A stretch of 55,739 bases of DNA from Pyrinomonadaceae bacterium (GTDB lineage Bacteria > Acidobacteriota > Blastocatellia > Pyrinomonadales > Pyrinomonadaceae), in the NCBI GenBank assembly GCA_037719755.1, contig JBBJMB010000001.1, positions 1 through 55,739 of the forward strand. The letters run 5' to 3'. Shown piece by piece: positions 28,191 to 38,570 of this stretch. The translations under genes were made by a program, and so were the position numbers. The notes below the pieces were generated by a model. It saw only the letters and a list, made by a program, of their open reading frames with translations. It searched no databases and had not been told where the DNA came from. Position 1 is the first letter of the stretch, and every line of letters begins with the position of its first letter.

Positions 28191-28500
28191 CAGTACGGCG
28201 AGCGGTCGCGAGCGACAGACGATCAGCTCGGCCGCTCGCCGTACGAGTGTGACCGGAAACAGTCGGTAGCTATCTCAGGCGCTCAGAAACCTCAGGCGCT
28301 CAGAAACTGCCCCCTTCTTTCTGAGCGCGGGTGTGGCCATGCACCACGCGAGCCGCGCCAGCGTGTTCAGAGTTCAACCTTGAGGTTGGTGTTCGGGGAT
28401 CGGCAACCTCAAGGTTGAACTCTGAACCGTGCCACCCGCGCCCGTCATTCCCGCACATGCTCTGACCACCGACTGTTTCCGGTCACACCCTCGCCGTATT
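28191..28500. repeat. About 300-nt nested-palindrome element with an internal 17-bp tandem repeat
   Basis: Hairpin GTACGGCGAGCGG/CCGCTCGCCGTAC (28193..28244). A 21-bp inverted repeat GTGTGACCGGAAACAGTCGGT (28247..28267) pairs with 28468..28488. CTCAGGCGCTCAGAAAC occurs twice in tandem (28274..28307) and pairs with TTTCTGAGCGC (28318..28328). A 24-bp perfect hairpin joins 28365..28388 and 28404..28427. Confidence 0.9.
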
Positions 28501-28572
28501 GTTTGGTTGACGTGGCGAGGCCGTCGAAATTATCCTCGTAATTTCCAGATCATTACTTCATTCGCTTATGCC

Positions 28573-29361
28573 TTGAAGATCACCGTCACCATTATCTCCC
28601 ATAACGAAGCAGAGAATATTCGTGCGGCGTGCGCATCGGCCGCGTGGGCTGACGAATTGCTGGTGGTGGATTCCGAATCAACGGATCGCACGCGCGAAAT
28701 CGCCGTCGAGTGCGGAGCGCGCGTAATTACGCGCGCGTGGCCCGGCTTTTCCGCGCAAAAGCAGTTTGCCGCCGACGCCGCGCAGCACGATTGGATTTTT
28801 AGTCTTGACGCTGACGAGCGCGTGTCCGAAGAGCTGCGCGCTTCAATTGAAGAGTTGCGCCGGTGTGCGGAACACCTGCTCGCCGATGGCTACCTGGTCG
28901 CGCGTCGCTCCTTTTATATGAATCAATGGATTCGCGGCGGCGGCTGGTATCCGGACGCGCAGTTGCGGCTTTACCGCAAAGCGCGTGGGCGCTGGGAGGG
29001 CACACACATTCATGAGTCTGTGCGGATGACGAGCGGTTCTCGCACAAAGAATTTGCGCGGAGACCTGCTGCATTACAGCGTGCGCGACGCCGCGCATCAT
29101 CATGCCATGATCGGCGAGCGCTACGCTCCGCTCGCCGCGCGTCAGATGTTCGAGCAAAATCGCCGCACCACACCGCTGCGCATCGGCCTCGCCGCGCCCG
29201 CGGCCTTTGTGCGCAGCTTCATCCTCAAAGGCGGTTTTCGCGACGGCGTCGCCGGCCTCGCGATCGCATCCTTCGCCGCACACCACGCCTTTTTAAAACA
29301 CCTGCTGCTCTGGGAACTGCAAAATCAGCACACACACAGCGACGCACATCCTGACGCGTAA
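28573..29361 (+). CDS. Family 2 glycosyltransferase
   Basis: ORF 28429..29361. Its upstream part is the translated palindrome, so TTG at 28573 (LKITVTIISHNEAENI...) is the likelier start. LLVVDSESTDRT and FSLDADE (DxD) motifs are present. Confidence 0.75.
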   Translation: MKITVTIISHNEAENIRAACASAAWADELLVVDSESTDRTREIAVECGARVITRAWPGFSAQKQFAADAAQHDWIFSLDADERVSEELRASIEELRRCAEHLLADGYLVARRSFYMNQWIRGGGWYPDAQLRLYRKARGRWEGTHIHESVRMTSGSRTKNLRGDLLHYSVRDAAHHHAMIGERYAPLAARQMFEQNRRTTPLRIGLAAPAAFVRSFILKGGFRDGVAGLAIASFAAHHAFLKHLLLWELQNQHTHSDAHPDA

Positions 29362-29536
29362 CGGCGCAGACGATAAATTGAGCGCGATGTCAGGGATGGT
29401 GCGGCTTCTGTGCTCCAGCGACTACTTTGCACTGGACAATCCGACCTGGGCTGAACTAAGGCATGTGTGTCGAAATTGTCACGAGAAATTGATCATCAGG
29501 CATCTTCCCTTTTACCCACCGATGAAGGAGTCGCTG

Positions 29537-32500
29537 ATGCGTGTTTTAACCAAAGGAATTTGGCTGCTTTGTAGCGCTGCACTGGGCCTGTATTTCGCGG
29601 CCAGCCAAGCAGCGTTCACACCGCAAGCTGCGCTTGCAGGTGCAGCGACCGCGAAGAAGAAAGAGGCGTTGGCATCGCCAAAACTGCCGCTGGATTTTGT
29701 AGAGAATCGCGGACAGTGGAACAACAAGGCGCGGTTCATGGCGCGCAGAGGGTTGATGTCGGCCAGCTTTGAACGAGATGCCATCGAACTCTACGAATCG
29801 GAGAGCGAAAATCTCTCTTAAAGCTGACCTTTGAAAACGCTTCGCCGCATGCTTCGTTGATCAGCGAAGAGAAGCGCAGCAATTATTACAACTTCTTCAT
29901 CGGTAACGACCCGGCGCAGTGGCGATCTCAAGTTGCCGCCTACACAAGCCTGCTCTATCGAAATCTTTACCCCGGCATTGATGTGCGTGTGCGCGAAGAA
30001 GAAGCCGGGCGATTAGAATACGACTTGCTGCTCGCTCCGGGCGCGAATCTCAAGAGCGCGATTGTGCGCGCGAGCGGAGCTCAAAAGATTGAAGTTGCCG
30101 ACGACGGCGCGTTGTTGGTGCACACGGCAAACGGAACTTTGCGCCAATCGCCGCCCGTCACGTGGGAGGTGTTGCCAAACGGCGAGCGACAGTTCGTCGA
30201 ATGTCGCTTCACAAAGATTGATGCATCGCGCTACGGCTTTGTCGCTGCGCGGCGCGATACAAGCTTGCCTTTAGTCGTCGATCCGGGTCTGGATTGGTCA
30301 ACATTTCTGGGCGGTGGCGGCGATGAAAGAGTCGAAAGAATAATTGCGACGCGCGACGGCACGGGCGACGTGATCATAATCGGTTCGACGCTTTCCGCCG
30401 ACTTCCCGGCGATGAGCGGAGGCTGGAACGCCATCGGGCAAGCGATCTACCTGACGCGCATCAACGCGACGGGCAGCGCTCTTGTCTATTCGACGCTCTT
30501 CGGCGGATCGTCCGTCAACATCCCCATGGGTCTCGCGCTCGACGCTTCGGGCGCACCCGTGATCGTCGGCGGCACGGCATCAAACGACTTTCCCGTCACG
30601 TCCGGCGCCTACGACACGACTTACAACGGGCAGGATGATGCTTTCGTCACTCGCTTTAACCAAACCGGAAGCAGTATCGTCTTTTCGACTTACCTCGGCG
30701 GCTCGCACATCAATCCGGCATTTGCCTCAGGGGGCACAGATCAGGCGTGGGGCGTCGGTTTCGACCCCACAGGCTCCATCATCGTCGCCGGATATACAAC
30801 GTCGCTCGATTTCCCGGTCATGCCGGGAGCGTATGACACAACGCCGAACACCTACACCGATGCGACCTATTCTTCGATGCAGGATGCTTTCATCTCGCGC
30901 CTTGATGCGACCGGCGCAAGGCTCACTTATTCGACTTACCTCGGCGCGCAGGGAGTGGATACCGTCGCTGATTTGGAGATAGACGGTCAAGGTGTCGTAA
31001 CTCTGGCGGGCACTACCACTCCTCTTTCGCGCGTGACATCAACGGCAACAATGTTCCGCTCGGCACGACGTTTCAACAACTTGGCGCCTACGACCGGACG
31101 CTCAACGGGCAGTCAGAGCTACATCTCGCGCTTGAAACTCGACGGCGCGGGGACGGCAGATCTTAAATACTCCACGCTGCTCGGTGGAAACGACACGGAT
31201 GAGGCGACCGCGCTGGCCGTCAATCCGAACAACCCTGAATCGTTCGTCATCGTCGGCAAAACTTTTTCGGGAGATTTCCCGACGACTCCGGGCGTCATCG
31301 AACGCACGCATTCCGCGCCGGGCGAAGTGACGAATATGTTCGTCACGCGCTTTCAATTTCCAATCGCGGGGGGCGGTTCGCTTGTCTGGTCTTCCTATTT
31401 CAACGGTCCGGGTCCGAGTTTTTCGCGCGCGGAAGATGTCGCTCGACGACACTGGCGCGCTGATCGTCGTCGGTCAAAACAATTCACTTAGTCCGCGCAC
31501 GACCGAACGCGCTTTCGACCGCACGCCGGAAACGTCCGACGCCATTCTCTTGCGTCTCAGCGCCGACGGCGCGCAACTGCTTTATTCAACTCTGCTCGGC
31601 GGCGCATCCTTCGAGGGTGAGTCGCACATGGCATACGTTGGCGGCGCGACTGTCATCGTCGCCGGACGCACCAAGTCGCCGGACTTTCCCGTCACGGCCG
31701 GCGCACTCGACACGATTTACGGAACGACCGGCGCGCCGAGCGATTTCACGATCTATGATGTGTTCGTTGCCAAGATGACGCTGCAACCGAACGAGACGGG
31801 TGACACGACGGTTGACGCGCCCGCGCTCGTCGCGCCCGCTCACGCGGCGACGTTTACCGCACCTGCTTTCATTGACTTCGATTGGTCGGACGTGTCTGAT
31901 GCGTCGGGCGTAGAGGCCTACCACATTCAAATCAGCCCGAACGCGGCGTTCGCCGATTCACGCATCGCCCGCCTTTCCGGCTGGTTCGAGAAGTGGATTC
32001 CAGTTTCGCAAGCCAGCGCCGACTTCGGCACATCGTTCGTCGGCACATTCTACTGGCGCGTGCAGACGCTCGACCGGACGCACAACCTGAGCGCATGGTC
32101 GGCCGTCCGCACTTTTACGGTCAGCACGCCGACACCGCCTGCCTCGCCGACCTTGACGACTCCGGCGAACAATGCGCAGCTTCCGCCGAGTCAAGCCATC
32201 ACGTTCGCATGGAACGCCGTGTCCGGCGCGAGCAGCTACGATATTCAGATTGACGATTCAAGCGCGTTTACTACGCCGCTGGTGGTTTCGCGCTCGGTCT
32301 CCGGGCAAACGCAAACCACACAATCTTTCGCGTCGGAGAAGAGTTACTGGTGGCGCGCGAGAGCGATCAACGGAGCGGGCGCCGGGGCATGGTCAACTGT
32401 TCGCACTTTCCAGATCAAGAAAGGCGCTTCGCTTCCACCACCGCCTGGAAACCCAACGCTCTCTACGCTGACGATCAATCCGACGACGGTGACAGGCGGC

Positions 32501-33010
32501 GCGTCCGCGCAAGCCACCGTCACGCTCACGAGCGCAGCACCGGCGAGTACAGCAATTATCGCGCTCACGAGCAGCAACTCAGCAATCGCCGCTGTGCCCG
32601 CAAGCGTCACCGTCGCTGCCGGAGCCACAAGCGCGACTTTCACAATTACGACCAATTCGGTGACCGCCGCAACATCTGTCTCTATCTCCGCTTCTTACGG
32701 CGGCATTACGAGGACAGCGCCACTTACTGTGAATCCGCAAGCGGCTCCTCCACCGCCCACGACCGATACCGTCGCTATCCAACGCGCTGATTATTCGACG
32801 GGCAACCGCCAACTGCGTGTCGAAGCGACGAGCACGAACTCCAGTGCGGTGCTGACTTGCTACGTCACTTCAACGAATCAACTCATCGGTACGCTAACCA
32901 ACAGCGGCGGCAGGTATAGCGGTCAGTTCTCTCTGACGGCTAATCCACAGAGCATCACAGTAAAGAGCAGTCTCGGCGGAAAGGCGACAAGAGCCGTGAC
33001 CATCAAGTGA
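29537..33010 (+). CDS. Large secreted SBBP (beta-propeller) repeat protein with C-terminal Ig/FN3-like domains; at least 2 frameshifts (about 29815 and about 31380..31490)
   Basis: ATG at 29537 gives the signal peptide MRVLTKGIWLLCSAALGLYFAAS. The ...DxxGxxxVxGxTxSxDFPVTxGAYDTT...DAFVTR... units recur many times. The C-terminal half is rich in Thr/Ser/Ala Ig-like repeats. The junction at 29815 is restored by adding one T to a T-run. Confidence 0.7.
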
Positions 33011-33295
33011 TGCTTGCAGCGACAACCGGGAACCAAAATCGAGGCGCGCATCCACTTTCTGCTTGACCGCTTGCAGCGGGCGACCGCACTTGTCGGTGGG
33101 CTCGGCTGGCGCATCTACGACGTATGCATTGTGCCAGTCAAATCTCGCGAGCAACAAAACGGAGATGGCGGGAACAGCAATTGACGAGGACAGGATTATT
33201 TAGCGAACCCCACGGATTTTGTTCGGGCAATCAGGGGTTGTTGTTCTCCGTGCTCAAAGCGCGACTACTGCTGCCGACATCTTTGCGGCCACAGT

Positions 33296-33387
33296 GTCCG
33301 ACAATCTTTAGATTGTCGCGTGCCGTGCCAAAGTCTCGAAGCTTGATTTCTGACGGGGCTGAAGCGACAATCTAAAGATTGTCGGAC
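33296..33387. repeat. MITE-like 92-bp element, copy B (inverted relative to copy A)
   Basis: It has the same termini and internal 27-mer as 20253..20342. Its right terminus provides the last five codons (MSDNL) and the stop of the histidine kinase gene. Confidence 0.85.
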
Positions 33388-34790
33388 ATGGCTCCCGAGG
33401 TCGGGAGCCTTAACTCAACGATTAATCCGCCCTGCGCATCGTTTTTCGCGGTGATGGTTCCGCCGTGCAAGCGGACCGCCCGCGCGGTGATGGCGAGCCC
33501 CAGTCCGGTGCCTCCGGACTGTCGATCCCGGTCGTCGGCCACGCGGTAGAATGGCTTGAAAATGTCATCGAGAGCTTCTTCAGTAACCCCTGGCCCGTGG
33601 TCGCGCACCCGGATCAAGGCGTGTTCGCGATCGCCGTCTTTGTCGCACGCGAGCGCGATTTCCACCTCCGTTCCTTCCGCGGTATAGCGCACGGCATTGC
33701 GCACCACGTTTTCGACGGCGCTGCGGAGAAGATCTGCCGACCCCATCATCGTACACCGCTGGCAAGAAACAATGCGGACCGCGCGGTGGCGGCTGCGCGC
33801 CTCGAAGTCGGCATCATCCGCCACCTCACGCACCAGGGCTGACAGATCAACTGCGCTCCTCGCGACGGTTTCCGCGCTGCTTTCCATGCGCGCGAGGGCG
33901 AGCAATTGGGAAATCATCTCGTTGAGCTGAGCCGCCTCGCTTTCGATCCGGTCATGCGCGTCCGCCGCAGCTGCTCCTCCTCCTTCTTCTGCGCCCGCTC
34001 GCAATCGAGCGATTTCCAGCGCCAAAATCAGTCGTGTCAACGGTGAGCGCAGTTCGTGCGAGATGTCGCCGAGCAGGCGTCGCTGCGCGTCCACCATGGC
34101 CTGAATGCGTTCAGCCATGCGATTCACGTCGCGTCCGAGGTAAGCGAGTTCGTCGCGGCGTTTGGTAATTTCGGAACTCACGCGCGCCGTGAGGTTGCCC
34201 GCGGCCAACTCCTGCGCCGTCGCTCTTAGTTTGATCACGTTGTGCGTGAGGTGCCGGGCCAGCCAGTAGCAGAGCACTCCGCCGATCAACAGTGCGGCGA
34301 TCAAACGCGGAAGCTGCATGCGCAGAAACCAATAAGGTCGGTCGTCGGGCGGCGGCGGAAGCTCGGCAACCATGGTGTAGCTGCGGCCTGCAAGCGACAT
34401 CGCTTTTTGCGCGCCGAGTCGCACCTGTCCGTCGGTGGCGAATTCCGGCGGGCCGTCCTTGGCCGCACGAAGAACCAGTTTCTGCGCACCCGCGCTCAGT
34501 TCTCGCCCCGCAAGTTTTTCCCCGCGATCGTTGAACAAATCGGCGCGAATGTTTGTGGCTTCTTCGAGGCGTTCGAGGTAAGCGGTGAGCGCTGCCGCTC
34601 CTTCTCGCTCGAAGATCTCGGCCGCAACTCGCGCGTGGATGCCGAGCGGCGATCTGCCGGGCGGCCGTTGCCCTGGCGGTGATCTCGGAGGTTCCGGTCT
34701 CGTTAAAACAAAAGAAAGGAAGAAGGCCACATTGACGAGCGCCATCGCCAGCCAGAACCACAAGAAAATCCGCAGAAAGAGGCTGCTCAT
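33372..34790 (-). CDS. Sensor histidine kinase, CpxA/BaeS-like (2 TM, HAMP, HisKA, HATPase_c)
   Basis: 472 aa. H-box LLGDISHELRSPLTRL, and G-boxes DHGPGV and GGTGLGLAI. The start overlaps the response regulator stop by 4 nt. Confidence 0.85.
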   Translation of the reverse strand: MSSLFLRIFLWFWLAMALVNVAFFLSFVLTRPEPPRSPPGQRPPGRSPLGIHARVAAEIFEREGAAALTAYLERLEEATNIRADLFNDRGEKLAGRELSAGAQKLVLRAAKDGPPEFATDGQVRLGAQKAMSLAGRSYTMVAELPPPPDDRPYWFLRMQLPRLIAALLIGGVLCYWLARHLTHNVIKLRATAQELAAGNLTARVSSEITKRRDELAYLGRDVNRMAERIQAMVDAQRRLLGDISHELRSPLTRLILALEIARLRAGAEEGGGAAAADAHDRIESEAAQLNEMISQLLALARMESSAETVARSAVDLSALVREVADDADFEARSRHRAVRIVSCQRCTMMGSADLLRSAVENVVRNAVRYTAEGTEVEIALACDKDGDREHALIRVRDHGPGVTEEALDDIFKPFYRVADDRDRQSGGTGLGLAITARAVRLHGGTITAKNDAQGGLIVELRLPTSGAMSDNL

Positions 34791-35521
34791 TCCCCGTTCA
34801 CCCGGCCCTCCTCCTCCCGCTGTGTCTCTCTCGGATGCGTGTAGATGTAGCCGATTCCGCGCACAGTCTTAATGCGCTCCACACCCTGCACGTAGTGGCC
34901 GAGCTTTTTACGCAAGTTGCTGACGTGAGTGTCAATGCTGCGGTCAAAGGGCGAAAGGCTCCGGCCCAATACTTCTTTGACCAAATCTTCCCGCCTGACG
35001 ATGCGGCCCGCGGCGCGCAGCAACCGCTCTAAAATCTCATACTCGACGGCGGTCAGCTCGACTACCGCGCGCGCGCGGCGCACCACCCTTGTGCCGAACT
35101 CCACTTCAACGTCGCCGATGGTGAGCGGGTCTTCTACAGTCTTTCCCTGAGCTTCGCCGGGCGCCGCGCGCCGCAAGATGGCGCGGATGCGCGCCACCAG
35201 TTCGCGCGGATTGAATGGCTTGGGCAGGTAATCGTCTGCGCCAATCTCCAGGCCGATGATCCGGTCGACATCTTCGCCGCGAGCCGTCAGCATCAATACG
35301 GACACGCGCGACGCGGCGCGAATGCGCCGCAAAACCTCGAACCCGTTGATGCCGGGCAACATCACGTCGAGCACCACCAGGGAATGCTCGCCGGTCAAAG
35401 CCCGCACGATGCCTTGTTCGCCGTTGTGCACGGCTTCGACCGCGTACCCTTCGTGGCCGAGGAACTCCGCCACCAATTCGCACATCCCCCGATCGTCGTC
35501 GATCACCAGTACTTGTTCCAT
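34787..35521 (-). CDS. OmpR/PhoB-family response regulator
   Basis: 244 aa. The receiver domain has LVIDDD...LVVLDVMLPG. The winged-helix output domain has LTAVEYEILERL...VRGIGY. Confidence 0.9.
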   Translation of the reverse strand: MEQVLVIDDDRGMCELVAEFLGHEGYAVEAVHNGEQGIVRALTGEHSLVVLDVMLPGINGFEVLRRIRAASRVSVLMLTARGEDVDRIIGLEIGADDYLPKPFNPRELVARIRAILRRAAPGEAQGKTVEDPLTIGDVEVEFGTRVVRRARAVVELTAVEYEILERLLRAAGRIVRREDLVKEVLGRSLSPFDRSIDTHVSNLRKKLGHYVQGVERIKTVRGIGYIYTHPRETQREEEGRVNGE

Positions 35522-35575
35522 GTTCTCAATTATCGCACACGAAAGACGCGTTTATTGTCTTCAGAGTTTGTTAAT

Positions 35576-35611
35576 AAGTGTGAAGATCAACGGCCGTCAA
35601 ACTTCACACTT
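35576..35611. promoter_or_regulatory. 10-bp perfect inverted repeat AAGTGTGAAG-n16-CTTCACACTT in the divergent regulator/sigma intergenic region (candidate operator)
   Basis: Read directly. A third TCTTCACAAA half-site lies at 35646..35655. No promoter hexamers could be assigned with confidence. Confidence 0.25.
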
Positions 35612-35804
35612 TGCGTGACGTTTTAACACCAACGCAGATTTCCATCTTCACAAATCTTTGCAAACGCTTGACGAATTCTTAATGTCGCCGAGCCCGTTTC
35701 GTGCGTCTGACCAAGCATTACATAAGGAGGGAAGCTGCTTTCGGTTCGCAGCCAATCGAGCGTTCGGCCGATTGAACAAGTCGAACTGAGCGGCAACTGA
35801 TTTA

Positions 35805-36435
35805 ATGACTGGAACGGAAACCTACCCGTGGGCCGGAGGGTTTACTTCCCGGCCCGTCTGCGAAGAGGATGCGCCGCTCACCTCGTCAGACCATGCGCTT
35901 GCGCAGCGCGCCGGCCGCGGCGATGTGGAAGCTTTTGAGGAGCTATACCGCCGGCACAATTCAAGAGTGTATTCTGTGTGTTTGAGGATCGCGCAAAACG
36001 CGTCCGTCGCCGAAGATTTAACGCAAGAAGTTTTCATTCAGCTGTACCGCAAGATCGCCAGCTTTCGCGGCGAGTCGGCGCTGACGACTTACCTGCACCG
36101 CATGGCGGTTAATCAGGCGCTGATGCACTTGCGCAAAAGCGGCGTGCGGTGGGAACAGACCACAGAAGACGGCGCAATGCCGGAGCGCGCGCGTGGGCGG
36201 CGAGAGACAAGAAGATTTGGCGTTCGTCAACCGCCTCACTCTAGAGGCGGCCATCGCTAAACTGGCGCCCGGTTACCGCGCGGTTTTAGTACTTTTTGAC
36301 GTGGAAGGGCTTTCACACGAAGAGATCGCCGAAATATTAGGTTGCTCGCCCGGAACAACCAAATCGCAGCTTCACAAAGCGCGGATGAAGCTTCGGGAGT
36401 TGCTGCTCGGGTCTGTGCCAAAGTTGAAAAAATAA
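35805..36435 (+). CDS. ECF-type sigma-70 family RNA polymerase sigma factor; one frameshift at about 36180..36260
   Basis: ORF 35805..36260 has region 2 ([20 protein letters not shown]...[21 protein letters not shown]...[15 protein letters not shown]). ORF 36193..36435 has region 4 ([46 protein letters not shown]). Confidence 0.8.
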
Positions 36436-36552
36436 CTGGAATTATTATCTCGCGCGTCGCAGAACGTACACTTGTCCCCTAGCGAGGCGTGGTATTCACA
36501 CGAGCGCCGCGTGCGGTTCACCATATTTCCTATTACCTGGAGTTAAAACGAA

Positions 36553-37095
36553 ATGCAAAAAGTTGATTCGATGAAGATGTTCAGCGGATTGGTTTTGACC
36601 GGGGCGGTGGCTTTGACGGGAATCGTCGGGCTCGCACGCCACGCTTCAAATCAAGACTCGAGCGGCGCTCAAAACGTAGAGCCTCAGGCGCGGCGCCGGG
36701 GCGGCATGAACGGGCCGGGCGGAGGCCCGTTTGCGGTTCCCTTCGCGCGCAATCTCAATCTGACGGATGCGCAAAAGGAACAAATGCGACAGATCGCCGA
36801 CCGCTACCGCGAAAGCTTTTCAGCCGCGCGCCAGCAGGAAGGCCCCGGAGGGCCTCGCGGCGGCGACCTCGAATTATTGAAGGATGGAGCATTTGACGAA
36901 GCGGCCGTGCGGACGGCAGCGCAGGCGCGCGCAACCGCCCGCGTCGAAGCGGAAGTAACTCAAGCGCGCATGATGCACGAGATGTACAACGTGCTGACCG
37001 CAGAGCAAAAGGCGCAGGTCGCAGCCGAGCGTCAACAGTGGGAGCAACGGCGCCAGCAACGCAGCGGCAACGACAACCCGGTCCAAAATCAATAA
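36553..37095 (+). CDS. Periplasmic LTXXQ-motif (Spy/CpxP family) protein
   Basis: 180 aa with a signal peptide. Contains LTDAQKEQMRQI and LTAEQKAQV motifs. Confidence 0.7.
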   Translation: MQKVDSMKMFSGLVLTGAVALTGIVGLARHASNQDSSGAQNVEPQARRRGGMNGPGGGPFAVPFARNLNLTDAQKEQMRQIADRYRESFSAARQQEGPGGPRGGDLELLKDGAFDEAAVRTAAQARATARVEAEVTQARMMHEMYNVLTAEQKAQVAAERQQWEQRRQQRSGNDNPVQNQ

Positions 37096-37167
37096 TGCGT
37101 GTGATGCAAAACAGAAACCCGCTGCGGAACATCCTTGCGTCGCGGCTAACCTACTGATAACTGGGGT

Positions 37168-38432
37168 TTATTCGGTGGCGATGCTTAGTCCCGCGGAGGG
37201 CAGCAGCGAGCGCGGCGTGGGGCCGGAGATGATTTGCGGAGAGGAACTGCGATTGATTACTTCGGAGAGCAACTGATCTTCCATCTGGCGGTTGCTCCAG
37301 ACGTTATTGCCGTGATCCAAAATCGCGAACACAATGGTGCCTTCGTTTTTGGTATAGACATAACCGGCGAGGCAGGCCATCCCCCCATCTATGGTCGTGA
37401 GCGTGCCGGTCTTTCCGACCACGGCGTACTCTAAACCGGTGCCCGCTAATCTGTGACGCAGCGTTCCCCAATCCGCTGTGGCGATTGGCATCAAGTCTTC
37501 CGGCTTTAAGTCTTGGCGATTGAGTTCTTCCATGAGCGCTCGCAACACGGTGACGATGCCGCGCGGCGTCATTCTGTTACGTCCGAGGCCGGAGCAAGCT
37601 TCCAGCCAGACTTGGTCAGCTGAGATGCCAACTTCCTCTATCAGAAAGCGGCGCACGCCTTCCGGGCCTCCGACCAGAGCGCCGACGCCGTCCGCCACAT
37701 AATTTTGAGAGTGCGCGTTCATGTACAGCAGCACATCTCTGAGGTTGTTCGACTTGAAGACGAAAAGCGGTTCGCCCGCCGAGAGGTCTTCAGCCACCGC
37801 TGTTTTAACTCCGGCGAGACTCAAGGCTTTCGCTAAACGCGCCGCCGATTCTTTGGCGTCGCCGAAGTTAAAGCAAAGCCCGGAGAAACCGCCAGCTCGT
37901 CGCGCACCTTTTTGATTCCCCGCCCTTTTAATTCCTTGGCGATAAAGTTTGCCGCGATGTCGCCGAAAGTCGGGTCCGCGCCGTCGACGCGCAGCGTGCC
38001 TTGCAGCGTGCCTTTCGCATCAATCTCGCCCTCGGCGAAAACGCGCGTTTCAAAGCGGTAATCCGCGCCGAGCTTTTTGATGGCCGCCAGCGTGGTCGCG
38101 AGTTTGGTCAAAGAGGCCGGGTTGTAAGCCGCGTCCGGGTTAAGCGAAGCGAGGACTTTTTTGCGGTTCACGGTCTCAATTAAAACGCCGTGGCGTTGCG
38201 GCTCTTCGCCTCGCTCCGCGTACCACGCGGCGGCGTCCAAGTCGGGCTCGGCGGCGACGACGGCCTTGACGGCTTCTCTCCCGGTCTGCGTCGGAGGCGA
38301 AGGATCGCGGTCGCGCTCCGCGAAGACCTGCGCCGGGCTCGCGTGCATCAGAACGTAAGGCGTGAGCGTGAGCGCCGTGACGATGGCGACGCCAAGCGTC
38401 AGCATGATGATAATCGCGTGCCGCGAATTCAA
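37168..38432 (-). CDS. dacB: D-alanyl-D-alanine carboxypeptidase/endopeptidase (PBP4, S13 family); one frameshift at about 37825..37900
   Basis: The N-terminal ORF 37833..38432 has SxxK (NPASLTKLATT). The C-terminal ORF 37168..37824 has KTG (VVGKTGTL). Confidence 0.75.
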
Positions 38433-38570
38433 TAACTTGATTCTCCCTTGAAACGCACTTCATGTCTTCCGCAAATTGGTCGGTAGGCCGTATCATGCGT
38501 ATGTCCGAATAAGGCGTCAAGCCCATTCCGGTCGGACGGCCACCTTTTCTTTCCTTCAGGAACTCTCTTT

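Noticed and set aside
33011-33157. A possible remnant of a mobile-element gene downstream of the SBBP gene (minus-strand text MLLARFDWHNAYVVDAPAEPTDKCGRPLQAVKQKVDARLDFG).
   Set aside because: It is too short, has no recognisable transposase or integrase motif, and runs into the SBBP gene on the opposite strand. It cannot be supported without a database search.
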